Origin: a phage
Reading direction: 5' to 3' (one strand)
DNA: 64,000 nt
Sequence record: NC_102531.1
The notes under the pieces were generated by a model, which was given only the letters and a program-made list of their open reading frames with translations, was not told where the DNA came from and did no database searches. The stretch's first letter is position 1; each line of letters begins with the position of its first letter. The translations under genes and the position numbers were made by a program. Shown in pieces: positions 1 to 9,319 of this stretch.

Positions 1-495
1 GGCGGACGGAATGGGAATACTTCTCATTCTTATAATAATTCTCAAATATCGAGGCAGTGAGGCAAATTAATAGGCCAGGCCGTTCACACAGTGGCACAAC
101 ATTTGCAACCTATCTTGGGCGGGTGAATGAGAATACCTATCATTGTGAGAACTGTTATCATTACGGGCAATTTAACATAATACCCATTATGCGCACCACT
201 GGCGATACATACAGGGATTGATAACATGGGTTACTGTTTACGCACATAACAATTATATTTCTTACTATTTGTGTGGGATATAGTTAGCAGCCGATAGATT
301 AGATATTAACCTGCAGACTTCTGACCGTCCAGACGTCTAAACGCCCACACACCAAGGATTATACATACACTCCTGAATGTAAACAGGGCCGCAAAAATGC
401 TACCATACAAGCTTGTAAATTTTCCATGCAGCACTTGACAAAGAGGAGAAAAACTTGTCTGACATAATGTGACCTAACTGTCACAACATGACACT

Positions 496-580
496 TTTAC
501 ACACCTATTAGTTTACACACTGGATTGTTTACATTCCTGATTGTTCACATGCTAACCATTTACATGATTGACTGTTTACA
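496..580. repeat. Periodic array of six TTTACA-core repeats (one is TTCACA) at 15-16 bp spacing, cores starting at 496, 512, 528, 544, 559, 575
   Basis: Counted directly in the sequence; non-coding context. Confidence 0.6.
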
Positions 581-592
581 CACCGATAATCA

Positions 593-612
593 GCCATGCC
601 ATTCGTTTGCAT
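593..612. repeat. 20-bp direct repeat gccatgccattcgtttgcat, copy 1
   Basis: Exact match to 824..843. Confidence 0.7.
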
Positions 613-676
613 GACAATAATTATACATGACAATAATCGCACTGATTATAATTAGCATGACATAATATAAAAGCAG

Positions 677-704
677 GGCAACTATTAGCAGATCTATAGT
701 TGCC
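677..704. repeat. Inverted repeat GGCAACTAT / ATAGTTGCC (9-bp arms) around an AGATCT-containing spacer
   Basis: Arms complementary on inspection; related GGCAACTAT / ATAGTTGCC motifs recur near 736 and 843. Confidence 0.5.
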
Positions 705-823
705 TTGCTTGTCATGTCATGATTAACTAAATACAAGGCAACTATGATCTGATTAATAGTTTGCAGACAAACTATCACGGGGGTGATGGTTACTGCTTTT
801 ATATTATGTCGCGACTCCGTCGC

Positions 824-843
824 GCCATGCCATTCGTTTGCAT
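824..843. repeat. 20-bp direct repeat gccatgccattcgtttgcat, copy 2
   Basis: Exact match to 593..612; preceded by palindrome cgcgactccgtcgcg. Confidence 0.7.
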
Positions 844-1454
844 AGTTGCCTTATTGTTACAGGTAAAACAATTACATTATTAATTATTTCTTATCTTTTT
901 CTTAGTCATCTAATGATTCCAGTCAGTATAGTAATGTACAGTAAACATTAGACGACTAAAGATTTCCCTGCTTATGATAACCTAACGTGACAATTACGAA
1001 CTGTTTACGAAAAATGTTGACACCGGGACAGGTTTATGTTATGTAGTTTATACGAATAATTATTTTGTACAGGTATTGACTATTCCGTTATTCTGTGGTC
1101 GGAATAAATACTTTGCAGGCTATAGAATGGTGATCGTACGTGGATTCTGAGATCTGTCGGCTATAGTTACACCCGATTTTTCACGTAGGACACGCTTTTT
1201 GGTTTGTGTAAGTGTATGAATTATAAGAATTTTTATTTGTTGACAAGATATTGAAGATATGCATCAGGTTAAAATTTATGCAGTAGCGGCATTACGTGCA
1301 ATTTTGGAAGAGAAAACGGGTAAAAATGACACTGCTACCACACAATGAAAAGTTATGCAATAGTTATTTTACCTGTATGTTTGTACAGTGAGGGCAATTG
1401 CTGGCTTGTTGGTTATTCCACTTGTCAGGCGGGGCCGTTTGTGGTAGGAAAAGA

Positions 1455-1485
1455 GCAGACAAAAAGAAAGGGGCCTAAGCCCCTT
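1455..1485 (-). terminator. Intrinsic terminator closing the leftward early block
   Basis: Stem AGGGGC / GCCCCT with loop CTAA, followed on the minus strand by TCTTTTTGTC; lies just downstream of the stop at 1498. Confidence 0.55.
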
Positions 1486-1497
1486 GATAATGTTGTA

Positions 1498-1761
1498 TTA
1501 TTTGTTACTCATCCAGCTTTCCCAAGCTGCCTGATAATCTGCCTCACTACGGCGGATCTCTTCTTGCTCTTCAAGGCGGATCTCTTCTTCAAGGTACCCC
1601 AGGATATCGGATTTTTTGGTCTGGCGTAGCATCCAGTCATCTTTTTTGCGGGTAAAGATCTTATAAGCTTTCTCGCAAACCTCTTTTTTGCTACCTTTTT
1701 GGACTTCAAGAATTCTGTAGGCCATGTACTGAACTAATTTAAGCTGATCCAGACGTTTCAT
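1498..1761 (-). CDS. Hypothetical early protein (87 aa)
   Basis: ORF with AAGAGGA Shine-Dalgarno upstream; terminator downstream. Confidence 0.5.
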   Translation of the reverse strand: MKRLDQLKLVQYMAYRILEVQKGSKKEVCEKAYKIFTRKKDDWMLRQTKKSDILGYLEEEIRLEEQEEIRRSEADYQAAWESWMSNK

Positions 1762-1838
1762 GATGTTTCCTCTTTATGTGGTTCGTTTTGATTAGTTGAT
1801 AATACAGCAGTTCGCAGATCAGTCTTTAGCAATTCATG

Positions 1839-2057
1839 CTATTTACTCACAAGGGTGTCGAAAACAAATTTTTCTTTATTGTCTAAACTCACGTATCCGA
1901 TTCGACCACGCAAGCCGCAAGTAGTGCCGTACTCGTAACCATTAAGGCCTTTAACCTTCCAATCCGTACCCATTAAAACCGCATTATATTCCTGACCAAC
2001 TACAAAAGCGCCCCCAGTCGATTCAATGCAAACAACTTTAATTTTACGGGTTGTCAT
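1839..2057 (-). CDS. Hypothetical protein (72 aa)
   Basis: ORF with AGAGGGA Shine-Dalgarno. Confidence 0.5.
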   Translation of the reverse strand: MTTRKIKVVCIESTGGAFVVGQEYNAVLMGTDWKVKGLNGYEYGTTCGLRGRIGYVSLDNKEKFVFDTLVSK

Positions 2058-2117
2058 TTTCTTTCCCTCTTTGTGTGGTTCTGATTAGTGGGCCTTTTGG
2101 CCCGTGTCATTATCTTA

Positions 2118-2390
2118 TTACTTACGGCGGCAGAATTCAAGCGTTTTTAATTGATAATCTTCCTCAGCCTGGAGTACTACCGCCTCGATCATTTCGTTGG
2201 CATTGTTAAAGCCATAACCTTTAGCGAACTCATCCGCGCCACCTTCGTGATCATGTTCTGCGTTCATCGCTTCCACAAAATGGAATTCCAAATTGTTGAG
2301 GTAGGGGCTTGATGTTCCGTCCTCTTTTTCGATGAGATCCCAAATAGCATTAAAACGTGATTCAACTTCTTGGTTAATCCAGCTTAACAT
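2118..2390 (-). CDS. Hypothetical protein (90 aa)
   Basis: ORF with GAGAGGA Shine-Dalgarno. Confidence 0.5.
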   Translation of the reverse strand: MLSWINQEVESRFNAIWDLIEKEDGTSSPYLNNLEFHFVEAMNAEHDHEGGADEFAKGYGFNNANEMIEAVVLQAEEDYQLKTLEFCRRK

Positions 2391-2601
2391 GGCGTTTTCC
2401 TCTCTTCCGGTTGTTGTGTGGGCACTTTTGCCCCTTCAAGATAAATGTTACCCCACCCCATGGCAGATGTCAACGGTTTTTATAGTTCTTATATGACAGG
2501 CACCCCCGGTGATTGTCTCCCCCCGTCGCCAGGTGCCTGCCGTGTAATAAGTATAACAAAAAACAGGACCATTGCAAGCCCTGTTTTCTAGTTAATAAGG
2601 A

Positions 2602-2793
2602 TTATATTTTTTCGCCTATGTAGTCCGGTCGGTTTTTCTCTGTCATGCGCTTTAGCAATTCTTGCATGTTACTTATGGCTTGTAGTGTATCCTCTTCCAG
2701 ACTTGAATCAACATAATCAGGATCGTCTATAACCTTTCTATGATTATGATAACGCAGTACCGCCAATACCTTTCTAACTTGTTCGGTATTCAT
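2602..2793 (-). CDS. Hypothetical protein (63 aa)
   Basis: ORF, weak Shine-Dalgarno. Confidence 0.4.
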   Translation of the reverse strand: MNTEQVRKVLAVLRYHNHRKVIDDPDYVDSSLEEDTLQAISNMQELLKRMTEKNRPDYIGEKI

Positions 2794-2942
2794 TTTTATC
2801 GCTCTTTAAAACAAGGTGCCAACCGTTTCCAATAGATCACTGACTACAAGGACAATACTGATCAGCACATATCTAACCATAAGGGGGAAGAGCGCCAGAG
2901 ATCCCGCCACAATCCCCAAGGTGATAATTATCTTTCTCATGG

Positions 2943-3227
2943 TTAACGGTTCACGTAAGTTTTCCCGTTTACGGTGATGGGCAGATCCTCCAGGTCTGGA
3001 TCTTCCTTAAGGTCGCGAGCAAGCTCACCGCACCGGATACCCTCGAATCCGTAGTACTCTGTCGTGCCGTCCCGGAAAGTTTTAGCGGCAAGGCATAAGC
3101 GATAAGTAACCCCGATTTGATTGACGGCATGAATATCCGTTAGATTAACCTCTTTTGCCAGCTCTTTAGCCATTACAGGCGCATTAAGTCCAACAACCAG
3201 GGCAACCACTGCGATCATCTTTTTCAT
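2943..3227 (-). CDS. Small secreted protein (94 aa) with N-terminal signal-peptide-like segment
   Basis: MKKMIAVVALVVGLNAPVMA then polar domain; AAGAGGA Shine-Dalgarno. Confidence 0.5.
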   Translation of the reverse strand: MKKMIAVVALVVGLNAPVMAKELAKEVNLTDIHAVNQIGVTYRLCLAAKTFRDGTTEYYGFEGIRCGELARDLKEDPDLEDLPITVNGKTYVNR

Positions 3228-3318
3228 TGTGTCTATCCTCTTTCTGCTAAGTTTAAGGCGGCGGTAACCGCCTGTTTATGCTTTGTTGGTTAATTTTCGG
3301 GTATCGGTATAAATTAAA

Positions 3319-3534
3319 CTATGCTGTACGCTCAACTATAACAACGGTTTGGGGGATCTCACCTTCCACCACTAATAAGGCCTTTTTCTGCGTGATGGAT
3401 ATCTTTACCCGTTGCAGCGTGGCGGTGAAGTCTTTCATTTCGTCACGTGGTGTTTTAGTGCAATACCAGATCTCAGGCTTGCCGATCTGTAAGTTGCGTA
3501 AAAATTCTGTTTTGCCTGTTTTGTTAGTGATCAT
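3319..3534 (-). CDS. Hypothetical protein (71 aa)
   Basis: ORF in the operon frame series. Confidence 0.45.
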   Translation of the reverse strand: MITNKTGKTEFLRNLQIGKPEIWYCTKTPRDEMKDFTATLQRVKISITQKKALLVVEGEIPQTVVIVERTA

Positions 3535-3543
3535 TTGCCAACC

Positions 3544-3648
3544 TCACCCGATACCGTTGGAAGACAAGATCATATTAGACATGGTTGCAATCAGGCCAAT
3601 ACCCAGGGCAATAACCAGGATCACCGCATCAATTAATTTCTGTTTCAT
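3544..3648 (-). CDS. Small hydrophobic peptide (34 aa, MKQKLIDAVILVIALGIGLIATMSNMILSSNGIG)
   Basis: Hand-translated; ATG preceded by AGAAGAGGA; below the ORF-track size cutoff. Confidence 0.35.
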   Translation of the reverse strand: MKQKLIDAVILVIALGIGLIATMSNMILSSNGIG

Positions 3649-3738
3649 CTTGTTTTCCTCTTCTTGTTCCAGGTGGCGGACCATTCCACCGCCTTATGTA
3701 TTATGCTTTGTTAGATGGTTGTTTGTTGTCAAGCTATT

Positions 3739-3993
3739 TTAACGATAATCATCGTACGCTTTATTAACCTGGCGAATATAACATTCAAAAGCCAGATCAA
3801 TAGATTTATATTCACGGATATATTCACCATAGGAAACAACATACATTTCTATAGCTTCCTCATATGCGAGGAGAATAGAATCTAAGCCTACGATCTCAGT
3901 CTTTGCAATAATAGCCATGATTTTTATCCTCTTTGTGGTTGGTGGGGCTTGTTCCTTTGATTTATATTCTACAGTCTTATAAGGCCATGTCAA
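3739..3993 (-). CDS. Hypothetical protein (84 aa)
   Basis: ORF. Confidence 0.45.
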   Translation of the reverse strand: MTWPYKTVEYKSKEQAPPTTKRIKIMAIIAKTEIVGLDSILLAYEEAIEMYVVSYGEYIREYKSIDLAFECYIRQVNKAYDDYR

Positions 3994-4251
3994 CTATTTT
4001 TCAAAAAATTTTTCTGCTGTGATATTCTTCCCGGTAGGGTTCGCTACTTTCAAAATTTTATCATGCACTGGACGCCCAAAAGAATAAGCGCCGTACACAG
4101 TAAACCAATAATCGCCGTCAGGCTGTACTATTACCGCCGCATATGGTACGCCTTTTTCGTTATTGCTGACAAAATAGATCACATTGCCATTAATAGCCTC
4201 AGCGCGTTTAATTTGTTCCATCATGATAGTTTGCCTCTTTTTATTTTTCAT
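3994..4251 (-). CDS. Hypothetical protein (85 aa)
   Basis: ORF abutting the upstream gene. Confidence 0.45.
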   Translation of the reverse strand: MKNKKRQTIMMEQIKRAEAINGNVIYFVSNNEKGVPYAAVIVQPDGDYWFTVYGAYSFGRPVHDKILKVANPTGKNITAEKFFEK

Positions 4252-4286
4252 AATTTCAGGCGGGGGCCTTTTCGGCCCCGCCAGGT

Positions 4287-4619
4287 TTATTTATTGATAG
4301 CGTGCAGCGGGAAAGCTACGCCAGGTTGATAGATAACCTTTACAACCTCATCAGGACAAAAGAAATTGCAGAACTCACCGCAATAGGCCTCATCCTCTTT
4401 CAACTCTTCATCAACATACTCAAAAAAGTAGTCGATGCTTGGATAATCTTGCCCTGGGTTATAGTCAACCATTGTCAGGACTAGTTCAAGATCGTTGCGT
4501 AGGATATGCATACCCGCTTTTAAGTATTTTGCTTCCATTTCTACTACATCGCCAGCGGTAACAATAGCCATGGTTTTAACTCCTGTTTCTGTTAATGATT
4601 GGGGGCCGCCCCTTGACAC
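4287..4619 (-). CDS. Hypothetical protein (110 aa)
   Basis: ORF. Confidence 0.5.
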   Translation of the reverse strand: MSRGGPQSLTETGVKTMAIVTAGDVVEMEAKYLKAGMHILRNDLELVLTMVDYNPGQDYPSIDYFFEYVDEELKEDEAYCGEFCNFFCPDEVVKVIYQPGVAFPLHAINK

Positions 4620-4792
4620 GTCCTATTATCCATATTGTAGGGCTTGATGCAAGTACTTATTTAAAAATTTTTTAAGCGCCTTGGGGGCCGCTGTAACGCT
4701 AAAATAATAAAGGCCATGCAACCGCATAGCCTTTATGTGATTATATCGCTGCAGGCCCTGCTAGGGGCCTTATTTTGCATCATTTGCCGGAA

Positions 4793-5098
4793 CTACACAG
4801 AGAAAACATCGTTCACAATAGCGATCACAATGCCGCCCACCTTGTCACGGTCAACAATGCACAAATCACCATAGATCATGTGGTAGTCTGGATGATCTTT
4901 CACGGAATAGTCAATGAGCGTTTTCTTGTCGTCCAGCTTTGTAACTTCCATTCTCATAACGATATGAGAATCATCAAAGGCATTATTCCGAAAAGTCATA
5001 GCCTGACCACCAGGGCACCCAGTGATCTCCACTTCCACACCGTCTACGATCTGACCATCAAAGAAATAAAGATTATTGGCGGGTATAAACATGATCAT
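4793..5098 (-). CDS. Hypothetical protein (101 aa; start moved to the ATG after AAGGAG)
   Basis: The track ORF begins at GTG 5113; ATG at 5098 has AAGGAG 4-5 nt upstream. Confidence 0.5.
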   Translation of the reverse strand: MIMFIPANNLYFFDGQIVDGVEVEITGCPGGQAMTFRNNAFDDSHIVMRMEVTKLDDKKTLIDYSVKDHPDYHMIYGDLCIVDRDKVGGIVIAIVNDVFSV

Positions 5099-5134
5099 TA
5101 CTCCTTTTTGCACTGATTATTTTAACAGGGTTTA

Positions 5135-5164
5135 AATTTACTTTATTGATGGCCCTGGAGTCAA
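5135..5164 (-). promoter_or_regulatory. Sigma70-like promoter, repeat family A copy 1 (-35 TTGACT, 18-nt spacer, -10 TAAATT)
   Basis: Inside a 50-bp element (5137..5186) repeated at 8880..8929 and, degenerate, at 9502..9541. Confidence 0.45.
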
Positions 5165-5183
5165 GGCCATCTAAAAATAAATT

Positions 5184-5384
5184 TTACAGGCCTACAATCT
5201 CTTTGATTCGTTTAATTGCTGCCTCAGCGCCTTGGGGGTAGAAATTATGGTAACCAATCACGCGAGTGATACTAATCGCCGTTTGATGATCTTCATAGTC
5301 GCCCTTGAAGATTTCTTGACCGTCAATCAGCACGGCAATTTTTTCTTCTTTTTTGAAGTTAATAACGCGGATATTGTTGCTCAT
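5184..5384 (-). CDS. Hypothetical protein (66 aa)
   Basis: ORF. Confidence 0.45.
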   Translation of the reverse strand: MSNNIRVINFKKEEKIAVLIDGQEIFKGDYEDHQTAISITRVIGYHNFYPQGAEAAIKRIKEIVGL

Positions 5385-5484
5385 TTTGTTTCTCCTTTCT
5401 GGTTTTTGTGGTGGTAGGGATTAGCTCCCCGTTGATTGTTATTATCCACATTCCGGACCGGATTGCAACACTCCGGAAGAAAAA

Positions 5485-5519
5485 TTTTTTAAAAAGATAG
5501 GCCCCCATGATCGGGGGCC
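5485..5519 (-). terminator. Intrinsic terminator
   Basis: Stem GGCCCCC / GGGGGCC, then TATCTTTTT on the minus strand. Confidence 0.55.
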
Positions 5520-5523
5520 GTTC

Positions 5524-5643
5524 TTAGTTACTTACAGCGATAAAGTACATCCCTACGCCTAGCAATATTTCAAGGGCGATAATCTCAAGCCATACCATAA
5601 CGCGGCGCACCTTATCGGTGCATGGCTTATCCTTGGTTGTCAT
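5524..5643 (-). CDS. Small membrane peptide (39 aa, MTTKDKPCTDKVRRVMVWLEIIALEILLGVGMYFIAVSN)
   Basis: Hand-translated; AGGAGGA Shine-Dalgarno; ATGA start-stop overlap with the upstream ORF. Confidence 0.35.
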   Translation of the reverse strand: MTTKDKPCTDKVRRVMVWLEIIALEILLGVGMYFIAVSN

Positions 5644-5903
5644 CGTCTCCCCCTTTCCTCCTGGTAGTAGTGACGCGATCTACAATGGCCCCCAGGAGTC
5701 CTATCACGACACACACCACAAGAAAAATTATCTCCGCTGTTGTTCGATCCATTGTTATAAAATTCCTCAAGATCAGGCCTGAAAATAAAGCGTTCGTTAT
5801 TGAATCCGTCACGCCAGGCGGCTGGCTTCAAATCTTCACTAAAGGGATTAATTAACGTGGCATTATTTAAACGGTTGGCCCACATATTTTCTATTCCTCT
5901 CAA
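5640..5903 (-). CDS. Hypothetical protein (about 81-87 aa; start uncertain)
   Basis: ATGA coupling to the 39-aa gene; the alternative frame 5627..5812 encodes a TM-containing ORF, so the frame choice is ambiguous. Confidence 0.3.
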   Translation of the reverse strand: MRGIENMWANRLNNATLINPFSEDLKPAAWRDGFNNERFIFRPDLEEFYNNGSNNSGDNFSCGVCRDRTPGGHCRSRHYYQEERGRR

Positions 5904-6234
5904 ATAGACGATCCGCCTCAGTTAAACATATCTCATGGGCTTGATCTCTGGTTTTAGCCTCATCAAAAACCTGTTGTGCCAGGCTGCAGCGTAGGGAGAC
6001 TGGAAGATCACTATAATAGGCGTTGACAAACGTTTGAGCGTCGTACAGGTCTGAAAATACTTTACCCTTTCTATTATTCCCCTTGTCAACAATTGCAAGG
6101 ATAACCAATACAATAGTTGCAACCACCCCCAAGAAAATAGATATAATAAACCATAAAAAGGCGGATCTGCCCATCTTGCCAGCGATCCAGGCGTTAAACA
6201 AGGCAACCAATACAGTCAAAATAATAAATTCCAT
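5863..6234 (-). CDS. Small membrane protein (123 aa, two hydrophobic helices)
   Basis: ATG at 6234 preceded by AAAGAGGT; track start at 6267 judged too far upstream. Confidence 0.5.
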   Translation of the reverse strand: MEFIILTVLVALFNAWIAGKMGRSAFLWFIISIFLGVVATIVLVILAIVDKGNNRKGKVFSDLYDAQTFVNAYYSDLPVSLRCSLAQQVFDEAKTRDQAHEICLTEADRLFERNRKYVGQPFK

Positions 6235-6298
6235 TCTATGTACCTCTTTTGCAGTTCTGTTTAACAATAAGGCGGCAAATATGCCGCCTGTTACCTGA

Positions 6299-6679
6299 TT
6301 AAAAATTATCGCCGTAAATCTTTCCGCTTTCTGCCCACACCACCACGCGGGGCATACTATCCCACACGTCTTGTTTTAGATTGAGCGCGTGCAATTCTTC
6401 GGTGGTGCCCATACCGGGCACGGGCTGATTGTATACTGCAAAACGACCACCCGCATAGTCATAGGCCAGAGTTAAATCACACTGGATCATCTTTTTGATC
6501 ATGGCATTAAGCATGGCGTTAGCCGCATACTGATCACGTTTTAAAGGCAACTCTTTGATTAGTTTGCGATAGTTTTCGATATGGTCGCACACTGTTTCAC
6601 GCGGAAGATCTTTCATATCCTCGCGAAAGGTAACCAGGTTAAACATAACGGTGTCAATAGCTTTAGTAGTGTTTTTCAT
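6299..6679 (-). CDS. Hypothetical protein (126 aa)
   Basis: ORF; hairpin GGGGGCAA / TTGCCCCC in the 5' UTR. Confidence 0.5.
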   Translation of the reverse strand: MKNTTKAIDTVMFNLVTFREDMKDLPRETVCDHIENYRKLIKELPLKRDQYAANAMLNAMIKKMIQCDLTLAYDYAGGRFAVYNQPVPGMGTTEELHALNLKQDVWDSMPRVVVWAESGKIYGDNF

Positions 6680-6769
6680 GATGTTTTCCTCTTTGTTTTG
6701 TGTGGGGGCAAACGTCTTGCCCCCTTGAGTTTTAATATAGCAGGTTTTTAGGTTATTGCAACACTTTAT

Positions 6770-7393
6770 TTATGAAAAAGTCATCTCGCCATATTCATCC
6801 ACATCAAACCGCCAATCATTGGCCTCGATAAGGCCGATCAGGTTTTCGGTAGTGAATTGTTCAAGATAGGCCCCCTCCAGGTCTACGTAAACCTTGCGGG
6901 ATAGTTCCCGTACCGTCTCGGTGATCAGCTCTTCCAGCTCTTCAACCTTACTTTCTTGCTTGGCTGTCAGGTCTAGCCATGTAGTATCGATGTACCCGCT
7001 TACAGTGTTTTCGTGACTATAGCGGCTATATGGATCACGCTCAACACTTGCGGATAGTTCGCCATCGTGCATTGTGCCGAACAAGTGACGAATTGAACGG
7101 AATTTAGTCAGAGACTTGACTTTACGCAAGAATTTTTCTAAATCCACGTTTTCAGCACTGATTGACGCGCCGTCACCCTGGCACCAAAAGCCGGACCAAT
7201 GTACCTTGGTATCTTCAAGGCCGTACTCTGGAAAGATATATTCTTCATAGTATTCAATTACATTTTCTGCAAAAAAGTTATCCCCGCTGTGTTCTTCTCT
7301 TTCGCGGACCATTTCAACGGCTTTTTCTTTTTGTTCGTCGGTCAGCACGTCGAAAGATAAATTGTAACCTGTGGTAATGTTAACGGTGGTCAT
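6770..7393 (-). CDS. Hypothetical acidic protein (207 aa)
   Basis: ORF with AGGAGAAAAT Shine-Dalgarno, downstream of a consensus-like promoter. Confidence 0.55.
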   Translation of the reverse strand: MTTVNITTGYNLSFDVLTDEQKEKAVEMVREREEHSGDNFFAENVIEYYEEYIFPEYGLEDTKVHWSGFWCQGDGASISAENVDLEKFLRKVKSLTKFRSIRHLFGTMHDGELSASVERDPYSRYSHENTVSGYIDTTWLDLTAKQESKVEELEELITETVRELSRKVYVDLEGAYLEQFTTENLIGLIEANDWRFDVDEYGEMTFS

Positions 7394-7421
7394 GATATTT
7401 TCTCCTATTTTCTTTGTTAGT

Positions 7422-7440
7422 GGCGGGAAGTTTTCCCGCC
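7422..7440 (-). promoter_or_regulatory. 5' UTR stem-loop GGCGGGAA gtt TTCCCGCC, conserved family B element
   Basis: 8-bp perfect stem between promoter and ribosome-binding site; related copies at 9293..9309 and 9958..9978. Confidence 0.45.
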
Positions 7441-7450
7441 TGTGTGTTTA

Positions 7451-7479
7451 AGTATACTTATTGATATTTACTTGTCAAC
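7451..7479 (-). promoter_or_regulatory. Sigma70-like promoter, family B copy 1 (-35 TTGACA, 17-nt spacer, -10 TATACT)
   Basis: Near-consensus hexamers with correct spacing upstream of gene 6770..7393. Confidence 0.55.
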
Positions 7480-7728
7480 ACTATTTTTTAAATTATTGTG
7501 GCGTAAAATGTTCAAGATCTCTTCAACGTCATCAACACGGCGGCAATTTTTAAACGCTACCAATTGCCCCAGGATTTTAATCACTGGACGGCCTTGCCAG
7601 TGCCCTTGGAGAAAGCGCGCCTTAACTTTATCGGTGGAACTATCGCGCCACCAAACTGCTTTATTATTGCAGTAGTAAAAATTATTCAGGACAACATCTA
7701 CTTTATCAAAATTTTTTAATTTGCGCAT
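7468..7728 (-). CDS. Hypothetical protein (86 aa)
   Basis: ORF. Confidence 0.45.
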   Translation of the reverse strand: MRKLKNFDKVDVVLNNFYYCNNKAVWWRDSSTDKVKARFLQGHWQGRPVIKILGQLVAFKNCRRVDDVEEILNILRHNNLKNSVDK

Positions 7729-7973
7729 GGCGTTTACTCCTTCCTTCTTGCTTTGATGTGGTTAGTATATCCGGACTATTCCAAGGTGTCAAGCTTTGAA
7801 TAAAATCACTGTCAATAATATTTTTAACGCCATAAAACGGCCCTAGACGCTGTTTTCAGGTCAAGAAAGGGGATTGCATAGGTAGGGGCTTTTGTGGCGT
7901 TTGTGGGGCCAACCGGGGGCGCTATTCGTAGGATAGAAATAAAAAGCCCCGCACAATGGCGGGGCGTTGGTTG

Positions 7974-8171
7974 TTATTTGCCTTTGTGGCGGTATCGTTC
8001 CGCCTGTCGTTCACGTTCCAAAAGTAGGCCCGGCAATTTACGATCATAATGATTCCGCCAGATCTTCCCAAATCTTTTTGGCTTATTCAGTTTATTGTTG
8101 CGCTGGCGGCGTTCCGGCAACTCTTCAGAATCATGAGGGCGCTTTACAATTTTTTCGAAATTAATTTTCAT
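7974..8171 (-). CDS. Small basic protein (65 aa)
   Basis: ATG at 8171 preceded by AGGGGGA; Arg/Lys-rich. Confidence 0.45.
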   Translation of the reverse strand: MKINFEKIVKRPHDSEELPERRQRNNKLNKPKRFGKIWRNHYDRKLPGLLLERERQAERYRHKGK

Positions 8172-8532
8172 AACTTCCCCCTTTACTGATCTCAATATTT
8201 GCCTGAATCGCCCGGATACGCCGTTTTATAACCTCCTGATCCTTGCAATCATATCCCCAAAAGTCTACGATTTTTGCGCCTCCAGCCTTTAGGCGGTATA
8301 GTGTTTCTTGCATCTTGTAAGCCGGGATCGGTCGCGGTGTTACCTGGTCGCCCTTCTCATTCTTGTACTTGATAATGTAGTCTTCATTGTCGTTGAATAC
8401 CCAAAATGGGTATTCTGTGAGCGCGTTGCTCTCTTTTTCGTTTTTGGATTGGATCTTGTTTACAATTAAAGCCGTAGCAATAGCACCAATAATAAAACTT
8501 GCCCCGCTGATCATGTTACTTTCTCCTTTCAT
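8161..8532 (-). CDS. Hypothetical protein with N-terminal hydrophobic segment (123 aa)
   Basis: ORF; ISGASFIIGAIATALIV looks like a TM helix. Confidence 0.45.
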   Translation of the reverse strand: MKGESNMISGASFIIGAIATALIVNKIQSKNEKESNALTEYPFWVFNDNEDYIIKYKNEKGDQVTPRPIPAYKMQETLYRLKAGGAKIVDFWGYDCKDQEVIKRRIRAIQANIEISKGGSYEN

Positions 8533-8590
8533 TGTGTTGATAAACTATCTTTATAGATGGCCCTGCTACCAGGACCACCGAAAAAACAGT

Positions 8591-8836
8591 TTATTTGACG
8601 ATACCGACAAAACAGATCCCGCCTTCCCCTATATAGGCAATATCGGTAATTTTATAATTTGTCAAGATCCGCGTGTTCAGCTCATTAATAAAATCTGTCA
8701 TCGCGTTGGTGTAGTTGTCTTCCATGTCTAGGGAATAATCCCAGGTGTAAACCTTTTTACGTCCGAAGCCTTTTACCATGATACGGGCGCTTTTGGTGTT
8801 AGTAGGAGCATAATACTTGGTGATTAGTGCTGCCAT
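8591..8836 (-). CDS. Hypothetical protein (81 aa)
   Basis: ORF with AAGGAG Shine-Dalgarno, downstream of the family A promoter. Confidence 0.5.
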   Translation of the reverse strand: MAALITKYYAPTNTKSARIMVKGFGRKKVYTWDYSLDMEDNYTNAMTDFINELNTRILTNYKITDIAYIGEGGICFVGIVK

Positions 8837-8877
8837 GGTTTTAACTCCTTTGCATTAGTTCAGTGTTAACAGTATAA

Positions 8878-8907
8878 AGTTTACTTTATTGATGGCCCTG
8901 GAGTCAA
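8878..8907 (-). promoter_or_regulatory. Sigma70-like promoter, family A copy 2 (-35 TTGACT, 18-nt spacer, -10 TAAACT)
   Basis: 50-bp element 8880..8929 identical to 5137..5186. Confidence 0.45.
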
Positions 8908-8926
8908 GGCCATCTAAAAATAAATT

Positions 8927-9268
8927 TTACTCGTTTTCTTCCAGCTTTGAAAGCTCTTCTTTCACTTCTTCAAGCTCTGTCTGCAATTCTTGGTACTCTT
9001 CATCGTCCTCAATATCCAGGCTGTCGATGTAGTCGCTAAATCCGCAGCGGTAAGCGATAGGATCTAACTCCTTGAGGATACGCGACGGAAGAAAAGAAAT
9101 GTTTCCGATCATAATTTCGCCATAAACCTCGTCTAGCCATTCATCATAGTTTTCGTCGTACTTGTCCTCGTCGATTTCAAAGTTATCGATCTTATTCTCA
9201 AGGTCTGCGATCTGTTTTTTCAGAGCGGCGATCTGCAGGGCTTTTTCTTCGGCGGTCATAGTAGTCAT
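8927..9268 (-). CDS. Acidic coiled-coil protein (113 aa)
   Basis: ORF; heptad-like acidic sequence. Confidence 0.5.
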   Translation of the reverse strand: MTTMTAEEKALQIAALKKQIADLENKIDNFEIDEDKYDENYDEWLDEVYGEIMIGNISFLPSRILKELDPIAYRCGFSDYIDSLDIEDDEEYQELQTELEEVKEELSKLEENE

Positions 9269-9319
9269 GGTGTTTTTCTCCTTTCGTGTGTCTGGGGAAG
9301 TTTTCCCGTCTATGTGCTT

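Noticed and set aside
496-580. Possible CRISPR array from the regularly spaced repeats
   Set aside because: Repeat cores are only 6-7 bp with 16-bp periodicity and no spacer-sized unique segments or cas genes; more consistent with an iteron or binding-site array.
590-778. Minus-strand ORF of 62 aa and the plus-strand ORF at 1345..1629
   Set aside because: They lie in the repeat or palindrome region or overlap a better-supported gene and terminator, with hydrophobic low-complexity sequence and no ribosome-binding site.
5627-5812. Alternative-frame ORF of 61 aa with a TM segment, overlapping 5640..5903
   Set aside because: Both frames cannot be fully coding; the 5640..5903 frame was kept because of its ATGA coupling to the downstream small gene, but the choice is uncertain and the alternative is not excluded.
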